64,000 nt of DNA, taken from the NCBI GenBank assembly GCA_041661685.1, contig JBAZTY010000002.1:157126-221125 (forward strand), written 5' to 3'. Under the pieces are notes generated by a model, which was not told the DNA's origin, ran no database searches, and saw only the letters and a list, made by a program, of their open reading frames with translations. Origin of the DNA: Patescibacteria group bacterium (GTDB lineage Bacteria; Patescibacteriota; Patescibacteriia; Patescibacteriales; UBA12465). Shown here piece by piece: positions 1-7,325 of the stretch (positions within the stretch are counted from its first letter, which is position 1; each line of letters starts with the position of its first letter). Both the position numbers and the translations under genes were made by a program.

Positions 1-31
1 AGATCGAAAAATGGTAAATAGATAAGATTAG

Positions 32-703
32 ATGAGCCTAAGAAAAGTCGCCATAACTCTTTGTAAACTGCTAAAAGAAAAACAGCCCCAAACTTTTAGT
101 AGCCCCTGGATATTAAAACATGCGCCCGGCGTATATAATTACGTCCGACTTAATTGTCGGACGGAAAATAATGATATCGATTGGGATAAGCTGACACGAC
201 GATTAAGCAGAAGATTCCAAAAGCGTTGGGTTCGCTATCGTCATAAAATTACCAAACAGTATGAGAATCAAGTCGAAGTAGATTTGATTCTTAATAAATA
301 TAAAAATAAGTTATATACTTTTATTACTCCGCTTGATGATCTTGATAGAAAGACAAGAGAAAACATTATAATCGCTCTCGTTAGGATATCGCAGAAGGGA
401 AATACATTAGCTCAGCAAGAAGCCATAAGGTGGCTTCTCTTTGTTGTCGATAACTGGATTGAATATTGTTACGACCTAAAACGCTGGCTGGGATATACCG
501 ATCTTATCAGAGAACGTATAGCCGGGTGCATCAGATGCTATCGCTACACCGGAACTTTTATCGGTTATTTATATAAAACGTTGGAGTATTCGGGCAGAGG
601 TATTTGTTATTTACAGAAGTATTCTTTTGATGAACCTGTTTTAGATGGAGGGAAAACAAAGATAGATTATTTTATAGCCAAGTCTCCGGAAACAGAGATA
701 TAA
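32..703 (+). CDS. hypothetical protein (orphan, AT-rich island)
   Basis: 223-aa ORF from the track. It is Trp/Tyr/Arg-rich with no family motif recognisable by eye. First of three same-strand genes separated by short gaps. Confidence 0.4.
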   Translation: MSLRKVAITLCKLLKEKQPQTFSSPWILKHAPGVYNYVRLNCRTENNDIDWDKLTRRLSRRFQKRWVRYRHKITKQYENQVEVDLILNKYKNKLYTFITPLDDLDRKTRENIIIALVRISQKGNTLAQQEAIRWLLFVVDNWIEYCYDLKRWLGYTDLIRERIAGCIRCYRYTGTFIGYLYKTLEYSGRGICYLQKYSFDEPVLDGGKTKIDYFIAKSPETEI

Positions 704-753
704 ATATTGGCGTTTATATGATATAATATGATTAAAAGTAAGTTAAATTATCT

Positions 754-1398
754 ATGTTATATCAAGTAATCACTCAAAAAAAGAATAAAATCAAATGGGT
801 TTGTATTATTTTGTTGACCTTGTTGATAATGTTTTTGTTGTATAATTATAAAAAAATATCCGGAGATAACTTTTATTATTATTTATTCAGTACTATAGCT
901 CAGGGATTTTTAGCGCTTGTTGGTGTTTTGGGCACGGCAGTTGTTTATAGATTGCAGTTAATAGAGAATGATTTGAATTCCGTTTGTGATAAATTAATAT
1001 CAATCGTGGCTCGGTATAGGGGTGATGCGGTTTACGGTTATTCCTGGACAGATTTCAAGAACCAACGGAGCCAATTAGAAAAATCATTTGAAAATTTGCC
1101 TTCCCGCGAGGTATTAAAAGTATTATTGAAAAAAAACGATGAGCTTTCTGACAATAGGGGAGAAATAAGAAATAGCATAGTCGATTTTTCCATAGTAGCT
1201 TTTTTAGATGTCGCCATGGCAGTTTTAGGAATACCGCTGGTAAGTATTTTTGCGGGTAATTATGAAATATTTGGAATATTACCTTATTATCTGCTTGGTG
1301 TTATTTTTGCGATATCAAATATTCTGCTCTCCCTATATCTGCTATTGTTGTCGTTCAAGATAGTTAGAAGTATATTTGGTTATTCTTTCAAATTTTAA
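754..1398 (+). CDS. hypothetical integral membrane protein
   Basis: 214-aa ORF. Two N-terminal hydrophobic helices (WVCIILLTLLIMFLLY; LFSTIAQGFLALVGVLGTAVVY), a ~70-aa polar loop, then further C-terminal helices (IVAFLDVAMAVLGIPLV; YYLLGVIFAISNILLSLYLLLL). Confidence 0.5.
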   Translation: MLYQVITQKKNKIKWVCIILLTLLIMFLLYNYKKISGDNFYYYLFSTIAQGFLALVGVLGTAVVYRLQLIENDLNSVCDKLISIVARYRGDAVYGYSWTDFKNQRSQLEKSFENLPSREVLKVLLKKNDELSDNRGEIRNSIVDFSIVAFLDVAMAVLGIPLVSIFAGNYEIFGILPYYLLGVIFAISNILLSLYLLLLSFKIVRSIFGYSFKF

Positions 1399-1436
1399 TT
1401 GATTATTGGTAAGGTTTAATCAGTAATGGAAAATAA

Positions 1437-2303
1437 ATGTATATAAGTATTTCAGAGCCAGAATCAAAAGAAGAAGTTATCAAATGGCATTCAGAAGAAC
1501 AGCGAAGAGGGTTTGGTGATTGGAAAAAAGAATTATCTAAATATGGACATGGCTGTAAATCTCTTATCTCCAATCTGGAAAAAGCCAAGAAGTTTGAGAA
1601 TTTTATTGAATATTTGGCCGAGTTTAATATCGCTAGGATTTTTAAAACAAAGGGCTTGGAATTTGATTACGAGAAGCCCGGATATGACGATTTTTTACTG
1701 CCAAAAGAGAACTTTGAAATAAGTGTTAAGTCTTTGATGCCAAAAAGCTACCAACCGCGCGAGAAGGCTATTATTTTAAGATTATTAGAACAAGCAAAGA
1801 AAGACGGAATGGACAAAGAAGAGGTTATAGACTATAAGCATTCCCAGGTGATTATTAGAGTAAAACCCAATGGTGATTTCGAACGCAGTGAAACAAATAA
1901 TCACGACATTCCCGGATCAGTTCTTTATACTGAAATGCAACAAAAATCAACATTAATAAAAAATATTAGAAAATTTGATCAGAAAGCATCTGATAAAAGG
2001 AAAATAATGTTTTTCTTTGTTCAAAATCAAGATTGTCCTCCCGTTATATTTTACGAAACTATCGATTACTACTATAAAGGGATTCCAATGCCGCACGATC
2101 AGTCTCCTTATTCAGATTATTTTGGGGGTGAGTTAAGAAGGGATATTGCCGGATTTATATTTTTTTATAGACCAAATAATATTCTGTGTTGGGATAAGGA
2201 TTGTATGTCAGATTTTAATATTGATGGGACAACAGTTTTATGCAGATTCAATGTTATTGCCCCTAAAGACATAACGGAAGAATTAAACAAAATTTTTGTC
2301 TGA
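1437..2303 (+). CDS. hypothetical protein
   Basis: 288-aa ORF, third gene of the trio. No confident motif; the segment PGYDDF...FEISVKS is only vaguely PD-(D/E)xK-like. Confidence 0.45.
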   Translation: MYISISEPESKEEVIKWHSEEQRRGFGDWKKELSKYGHGCKSLISNLEKAKKFENFIEYLAEFNIARIFKTKGLEFDYEKPGYDDFLLPKENFEISVKSLMPKSYQPREKAIILRLLEQAKKDGMDKEEVIDYKHSQVIIRVKPNGDFERSETNNHDIPGSVLYTEMQQKSTLIKNIRKFDQKASDKRKIMFFFVQNQDCPPVIFYETIDYYYKGIPMPHDQSPYSDYFGGELRRDIAGFIFFYRPNNILCWDKDCMSDFNIDGTTVLCRFNVIAPKDITEELNKIFV

Positions 2304-2345
2304 TATAAGACTTCCATATTTTTTAATCTTTGTTATAATAATGAT

Positions 2346-2522
2346 GTACCTTTCATGATGAATCTTCTATCCGACCGAGCGATGGTCTAGGACAATGCAA
2401 TGTCCGAAAAGGATAGGAGAACTACTTCTGCAATACCATGTAAGAAGAAGATTCAGCACCATCATGTGCCGGTTCTACTTTTCATATGGTAGAAAAACCG
2501 ACATATGATACGTCGGTTTTTT
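2346..2522 (+). ncRNA. candidate structured RNA or riboswitch-like leader with intrinsic terminator
   Basis: Extended -10 TGtTATAAT at 2331-2339. Long closing helix 2354-2368 (catgatgaatcttct) pairs with 2446-2466 (agaagatt..catcatg). An inner helix ctatcc/ggatag encloses hairpins gacc-gagcgat-ggtc and ggaca-atgcaa-tgtcc. Terminator is aaaaaccgac-N9-gtcggtttttt at 2493-2522. No ORF inside. Confidence 0.35.
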
Positions 2523-2565
2523 GTTATCTAAAATTAGGTAAACATTATTATAATTAGTTAAATAT

Positions 2566-3051
2566 ATGGAGAATAGTACATTAACCTATAAACCCACGGG
2601 TATCCAAAATATCAGTCTTCCTTGCAGATACGTGGTAATAGCGCCTATTCGGAAGTCGCCATATGAGGAAACGATATATAAAATCGTTGATCAACGGTAT
2701 AAAATGGTAGATTTTGTCCAACAACAAGCAAGAACATTGGAAAAAAAGAAGAAATTTTTGGAGTTTTATGCAAATGAGGGGCGCGGAATGATCGCACCGA
2801 CTTGTAAGATGGTTGGAATAAAGAGTTCTAAAACTGTCTATAATTGGATTAAGAATGATCCAGGATTTAAAGATGCGATGGACGAGATGGTATCAATTAT
2901 TAATGATTACGTAGAAGATGTTCTTATGCATTTAATTTTTATTAAAAAGGACGGGCCTTCCATTAGGTATTTCCTTAACCGCAGGCATCCGGATTATATG
3001 TTAAAACGGACATCTCGTCCGCCACAGAAGAAAGTCTATCAATGGAAATAA
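2566..3051 (+). CDS. phage terminase small subunit-like HTH protein
   Basis: The segment KKKKFLEFYANEGRGMIAPTCKMVGIKSSKTVYNWIKNDPGFKDAMDEM resembles the HTH region of phage terminase small subunit / phBC6A51-type proteins. This is from memory of the family, not a search. Confidence 0.45.
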   Translation: MENSTLTYKPTGIQNISLPCRYVVIAPIRKSPYEETIYKIVDQRYKMVDFVQQQARTLEKKKKFLEFYANEGRGMIAPTCKMVGIKSSKTVYNWIKNDPGFKDAMDEMVSIINDYVEDVLMHLIFIKKDGPSIRYFLNRRHPDYMLKRTSRPPQKKVYQWK

Positions 3052-3156
3052 TGGTAGGGCATACGGTGGCTAGAGAATTAAGCAAATAGAGAGAAGTGTG
3101 TAATTTAAACGCTCATTAGCCTGCAAAGCGTGTAATATGTGTAATTTTAAAGCCGT

Positions 3157-3175
3157 CCGACTTGGGTCGGTTTTT
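3157..3175 (+). terminator. putative intrinsic terminator
   Basis: ccgac-ttgg-gtcgg followed by ttttt. The stem is short (5 bp). Confidence 0.4.
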
Positions 3176-3178
3176 AAT

Positions 3179-3207
3179 TTGATTGATCCCCAAAAAAGCC
3201 TTATAAT
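3179..3207 (+). promoter_or_regulatory. sigma70-type promoter TTGATT-17-TATAAT
   Basis: Hexamers at 3179-3184 and 3202-3207, upstream of the 3249 ORF. Confidence 0.45.
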
Positions 3208-3248
3208 GTTAATATATTTTTAGTTCCAGACCGAGGAGTCCAGCTAAT

Positions 3249-3656
3249 ATGATTTTAGACAATATTAGTCAGAGCGAGATCACTAAGGAAAAATTTACTC
3301 AGATAATATCAAGGATTTGTCGTCGTGATACGAGCGCTGATCCAGAGCATTGGGTGGAAACAAATCCATTATGGGGCTGTTGCGCGGTCGTGTCCCTTCT
3401 GGCGCAAGATCAGTTTGGCGGTTCTTTGGTCCGCCAATCTCTCAAGGATGTTCCCGGGCTGGAATATTTACGTTCTCATTATATAAATAAATTGCCAGAT
3501 GAAGTAGAAATTGATTTTACGATTGAGCAGTTTCAAGGCAGGCTGCCCGCCTTGCTTCCAGTGGAAGAACGAACAAGAGAGCACGTTCTTTCCTATCCAG
3601 ACACCGCGAAAAGGTATGAACTTTTAAAATCTAGATTTTATTCATTTTTAAAATAA
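3249..3656 (+). CDS. YunG-like hypothetical protein
   Basis: HWVETNPLWGCCAVVSLLAQDQFGGSL matches the W..NP..G.CAV..L...D..GG pattern I recall for the YunG family. Not searched. Confidence 0.4.
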   Translation: MILDNISQSEITKEKFTQIISRICRRDTSADPEHWVETNPLWGCCAVVSLLAQDQFGGSLVRQSLKDVPGLEYLRSHYINKLPDEVEIDFTIEQFQGRLPALLPVEERTREHVLSYPDTAKRYELLKSRFYSFLK

Positions 3657-3730
3657 TTTTAGTAGGGGGGGGGCTGAGGATAAATTGGGTTAGCAGCCAT
3701 ACCGTCAAGTATTAAGTTATTAAGTATTTA

Positions 3731-3759
3731 TTGACATCAAATCTGTACAGATGTATAAT
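3731..3759 (+). promoter_or_regulatory. consensus promoter TTGACA-17-TATAAT with embedded 12-bp palindrome ATCTGTACAGAT (candidate LexA operator)
   Basis: TTGACA at 3731-3736 and TATAAT at 3754-3759. A perfect palindrome at 3741-3752 lies inside the spacer, 24 nt upstream of the lexA-like start. Confidence 0.6.
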
Positions 3760-3782
3760 TAATATATAATAACATCATATAT

Positions 3783-4448
3783 ATGATACATCCTATCCAA
3801 GAGAAGCTGCTTGAGCTCTCTAAGAAAGAAAATTTGGCTAAGATGAGCCTGCGGGACATGGCCGAAAGCATCGGCTTGCCGGATGCCTCTCCGCAGAAAA
3901 TTAAGCATCACTTAGCGCAACTAGAAAAGAAGGGTTTTCTGACTATTAATCGCGCTCAAGGCGTTATGAGTCGATCCGCCGCTAAACCCGGTTGGGATAA
4001 GGGCTTAGCCGGAAAATCATCCACTATTTTTTCAATCCCAATAGTAGGAACGGCTAATTGCGGGATTGCAACCATATTCGCTGAAACTAATTTTCAGGGG
4101 TTTTTAAGAATATCGAATAAGTTAGTCGGCATAAATTTCCCGGATGATCTCTACGCTATCAAGACCGAAGGAGCTTCGATGAATAGAGCGGAAGTGAAAG
4201 GCAGGAAGATCGAGGACGGCGATTATGTTATTGTCGACGGTAAAGAAAAGAGTTTTTCTAATAATGACATAGTTCTTGCCATCATCGACAGTAAAGCGAC
4301 CATTAAACGCTTCATAGATGATCGTGTCCACGGCCAGATTGTGCTCAAAGCCGATTCGTCATTCGACTACGACCCTATCTACCTGCATCCCGATGATGAT
4401 TTCAATATCAGCGGCAAAGTCGTGGCGGTAGTGAAGAACCCTAGCTAA
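3783..4448 (+). CDS. lexA: LexA-like repressor (wHTH plus S24 peptidase)
   Basis: N-terminal wHTH (KHHLAQLEKKGFLTI resembles the LexA DNA-binding domain). S24 catalytic Ser is in EGASMN and catalytic Lys in ATIKRF. Confidence 0.65.
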   Translation: MIHPIQEKLLELSKKENLAKMSLRDMAESIGLPDASPQKIKHHLAQLEKKGFLTINRAQGVMSRSAAKPGWDKGLAGKSSTIFSIPIVGTANCGIATIFAETNFQGFLRISNKLVGINFPDDLYAIKTEGASMNRAEVKGRKIEDGDYVIVDGKEKSFSNNDIVLAIIDSKATIKRFIDDRVHGQIVLKADSSFDYDPIYLHPDDDFNISGKVVAVVKNPS

Positions 4449-4494
4449 TATCTGTATGTCTGCCGCAGCCAGGTGTCGCAGCCAGGTTTACAAA

Positions 4495-4520
4495 ATAGCA
4501 CTTTTTGTGCTATCTTTGCT
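4495..4520 (+). terminator. intrinsic terminator after lexA-like gene
   Basis: atagcac-ttttt-gtgctat followed by a T-rich tract. Confidence 0.5.
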
Positions 4521-4543
4521 TTATAAATCATAATTTAATTTAT

Positions 4544-4918
4544 ATGGGAAGTTACATTGAATTTAATGATACCTTGCAATTAACTACCGATCAGGGTTTT
4601 CCGGCGGAGCTAGATTTGCAAGAGCATTTAAAGAAACCTTTCAGCGTCGAGCAATTCAAGGATAGGGTGTTCGCTTTCAAAGATAAACCAAATATTAGAT
4701 TGTTTCATTCGGCGCCTACTAGAGTATTCCTAGTTCATAATATTGATGGCAAATGGTTGTATTGGGGGCATTGTTTAATAATGGAACAAACTATTAATGC
4801 CGAAACTAAAACTACCTCTGGGAAATTTAAAATTATAAAAATTTACGACCCTAGCCATCAGCAGATTATGAGCCGGGAAGAAGTTGATCCAGGCAAAGAG
4901 TATCTTTTTGAAATATAG
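4544..4918 (+). CDS. hypothetical protein
   Basis: The ORF track starts at 4505 inside the terminator hairpin. The ATG at 4544 (MGSYIEF...) is the more plausible start. No family recognised. Confidence 0.5.
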   Translation: MGSYIEFNDTLQLTTDQGFPAELDLQEHLKKPFSVEQFKDRVFAFKDKPNIRLFHSAPTRVFLVHNIDGKWLYWGHCLIMEQTINAETKTTSGKFKIIKIYDPSHQQIMSREEVDPGKEYLFEI

Positions 4919-4924
4919 ACATTT

Positions 4925-5524
4925 ATGCTCAAAATATACCTCGCTCGTCATGGGCAGGACTTTGATAACGCTGACGGTATTTTAAATGGTCATAGGGACG
5001 AACCCTTGACTGTCTTGGGCCGCAAACAGGCAGGGGAGTTATCAAAAAAGATTAAAGAAGCCGGCATTCGGTTTGATAAAATTTATTCAGCCCCGTTAAA
5101 AAGAACTTACCAAACCGCTGAAATAATAGCAGATGCTTTAACTATTGATAGACCGGAATTACTTGAAGAATTAATTGAACGAGATTTCGGAGTTATGACA
5201 GGCAGGCCAGTAAAGGATATTGAGTCTATGTGTGCTCCGGATATTATCAAGACGGAGGCTGTCACTTATTTTTTATCACCCGAAGGAGCTGAAACCTTTC
5301 CTCAATTATTAAAGAGAGGCTGTGTAATTTTAGACAAAATAAACATCACACATTCGGATGGTAATATTTTGTTAGTTACCAGCGGGGATATCGGCAAGAT
5401 GATTTATGCTGTTTATTATAATTTAGATTGGAAAAAGACGTTGTCCTTGTTCAATTTTGGCCAGTCAGATTTGCTATTGCTTTCTCCTGATTCACCTCCG
5501 GAGAAGGCTCATGTTTTCAAATAA
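4925..5524 (+). CDS. histidine phosphatase (phosphoglycerate mutase) family protein
   Basis: N-terminal LARHGQ (RHG motif). The usual second SHG His appears replaced (LLVTSGD). Confidence 0.7.
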   Translation: MLKIYLARHGQDFDNADGILNGHRDEPLTVLGRKQAGELSKKIKEAGIRFDKIYSAPLKRTYQTAEIIADALTIDRPELLEELIERDFGVMTGRPVKDIESMCAPDIIKTEAVTYFLSPEGAETFPQLLKRGCVILDKINITHSDGNILLVTSGDIGKMIYAVYYNLDWKKTLSLFNFGQSDLLLLSPDSPPEKAHVFK

Positions 5525-6194
5525 AAATAATAAATTTATGAAATTATTGCTTACTTCTAACGGACTTTCTAACCAGTCAATCGCAAAAGCGTTATTTGAA
5601 TTAGTGGGGAGGCCGGCGTCTGAGACTACGATCGTATTCATACCGACCGCCATGAATGTTGCCAGAGGCAGCAAGGAATGGTTTATCAATGATCTTTATA
5701 ATATTAAAAAACAGGGGTGTAAATTTATTGATATCGTCGATATCTCCGCGCTTCCTGAAGATGCTTGGAAACCGAGAATAGAAGCGGGTGATGTTTTATT
5801 TTTTTCGGGAGGACACTCCTCTCATCTCATGCGCTGGCTGAAAGAATCGGGCTTAGCGGAATTACTGCCAGAATTATTAAAGACGAGAGTCTATGCCGGC
5901 ATTAGCGCCGGTAGCGCGGTCGCTACTCCTACCTTGGTTTTAAGCGATGGTGACAAAAAAGCATATTATGAGGAAAAGTTCGGTTATAGAAGCGAAGAGG
6001 CTTTGCATTTTGTAGATTTCTATGTTTGCCCGCATTTTAATTCCCCTAAACATTTATCAGCTAGAAAAGAATATATTGAGCCGATTGCTAGAGAAACCGG
6101 GAAGACGTTTTATGCTTTAGATGATGAGTCTGCTCTTAAAATCGTCGATGACAAGATCGAAGTAATTACTGAGGGGGAATATTTGAAATTGTAA
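5511..6194 (+). CDS. peptidase S51 (dipeptidase E-like) family protein
   Basis: KLLLTSNG start region and nucleophile motif GISAGSAV. The start is ATG 5511 (14-nt overlap with the previous gene) or ATG 5538. The track start at 5457 is unlikely. Confidence 0.65.
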   Translation: MFSNKNNKFMKLLLTSNGLSNQSIAKALFELVGRPASETTIVFIPTAMNVARGSKEWFINDLYNIKKQGCKFIDIVDISALPEDAWKPRIEAGDVLFFSGGHSSHLMRWLKESGLAELLPELLKTRVYAGISAGSAVATPTLVLSDGDKKAYYEEKFGYRSEEALHFVDFYVCPHFNSPKHLSARKEYIEPIARETGKTFYALDDESALKIVDDKIEVITEGEYLKL

Positions 6195-6752
6195 TTGATA
6201 ATAACTATGCAATATCTGTTCCACAATAATCTTGATCAGCAGGTTGCAGCGATATTTCTAGCTCATAGGAGTGAAGCAGGGATAAGGGTTTTTTCGATTA
6301 TCACCTCTTTCGGCAGCTGGCAGTTCTTGCTGCCGGTCATTTTGGCTATTGCTATAGCCCTCTTTGTCGCTAGCAAGAAAGAATTTATAATCCCGTTCAT
6401 TGCCACGATTTCCGGAGCGGAGATTATAACCTTCTTCGGAAAGATATTAGCGCATCGCGATCGGCCGCTATCAGCCGTCTTTCATGCGACTGATTTTTCT
6501 TTTCCGAGCGGCCACGCGACTATTGCCGTCGCCTTTTATGGTTATCTGGCTTTTATGCTTATTAGGATAGGTGGGAATAGATATAAATGGCCGATAAGCA
6601 TCTTGGCCTGCTTAATAGCTATCCTGATCGGCTTTAGTCGCCTTTATCTCGGGGTTCATTATCTGAGCGATGTTCTGGCCGGATTCATGATCGGGCTGAC
6701 AGCGTTAGTTGTCGGAATAAAATATATTCGGCTAGCGGACCCGACTAAATAA
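6195..6752 (+). CDS. PAP2 family phosphatase (membrane)
   Basis: All three PAP2 motifs are present: KILAHRDRP, PSGH and SRLYLGVHYLSD. There are several TM helices. TTG start, or ATG at 6207. Confidence 0.75.
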   Translation: MIITMQYLFHNNLDQQVAAIFLAHRSEAGIRVFSIITSFGSWQFLLPVILAIAIALFVASKKEFIIPFIATISGAEIITFFGKILAHRDRPLSAVFHATDFSFPSGHATIAVAFYGYLAFMLIRIGGNRYKWPISILACLIAILIGFSRLYLGVHYLSDVLAGFMIGLTALVVGIKYIRLADPTK

Positions 6753-6765
6753 TAAGTATAATCAT

Positions 6766-7263
6766 ATGCCGAAAATAGAAATCAGGTATCAGCGGGTCGG
6801 AGACGCCAAGCGTTTCTTTGAGATTGTAACTAACCCGAATTTTATCTATCTTGATATTAAGGCTAAATCCTTAGATGATGAGATAAAATGGCTGAAAGCC
6901 AACCCGGAAAGGAGAAAGAATAATAAAGAATGGAATTATTCTATCCTGTGTGGCGGGAAAGTCGTGGGTGCAATCGGCATGAGAATCAATCAAGCCCGGA
7001 AGCATATCGGCGAGATCGGCTATTTCATTGATGAGAAATATTGGGGCCAAGGCATTGCGACTAGGGCCGTGAAACTAATCGAGAAGGAAGGCTTTGAGAG
7101 ACTTGGTCTTAGCCGGATTGAAATCCTGATGCGCCCGGAAAATAAGGCGAGCGAAAAAGTAACTAAGAAGAATGGATATATAAAGGAAGGCCGGCTTAGA
7201 AAATATATTAAAGACAAGAAAGGGGTATTAAGAGATTTCTGGATGTATTCTAAGATTAAATAA
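6766..7263 (+). CDS. GNAT family N-acetyltransferase (RimJ/RimL-like)
   Basis: Acetyl-CoA motif WGQGIATRA, with length and pattern typical of GNAT. Confidence 0.75.
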   Translation: MPKIEIRYQRVGDAKRFFEIVTNPNFIYLDIKAKSLDDEIKWLKANPERRKNNKEWNYSILCGGKVVGAIGMRINQARKHIGEIGYFIDEKYWGQGIATRAVKLIEKEGFERLGLSRIEILMRPENKASEKVTKKNGYIKEGRLRKYIKDKKGVLRDFWMYSKIK

Positions 7264-7270
7264 TAACGCC

Positions 7271-7302
7271 AAAAAAACACGGGCACTTAAGTCCGTGTTT
7301 TT
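7271..7302. terminator. bidirectional terminator between convergent genes
   Basis: A-run, then acacgg-gcacttaagt-ccgtgt, then T-run. Confidence 0.55.
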
Positions 7303-7325
7303 AATTATAGAAACTGGTCTAATCT

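Noticed and set aside
1403-1722. Overlapping small ORFs 1403-1588 (-) and 1513-1722 (+) within the 1437-2303 gene.
   Set aside because: They are embedded in a longer ORF, are short and have no independent signals. They are treated as frame noise in AT-rich sequence.
2346-2470. Resemblance of the structured RNA to a purine riboswitch (AATGTCCGA... three-way junction) and to a hammerhead core (TGATGA, GAAA).
   Set aside because: The junction strands are far too short for a purine aptamer (J2/3 is 2 nt versus 8). The CUGANGA/GAAA elements are not positioned around the helices in hammerhead order.
4464-4487. Tandem duplication cgcagccaggt(gt)cgcagccaggt just after the lexA-like stop.
   Set aside because: There are only two copies, located between the stop codon and the terminator. 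No palindromic character or similarity to the promoter palindrome was found, so it is probably incidental.
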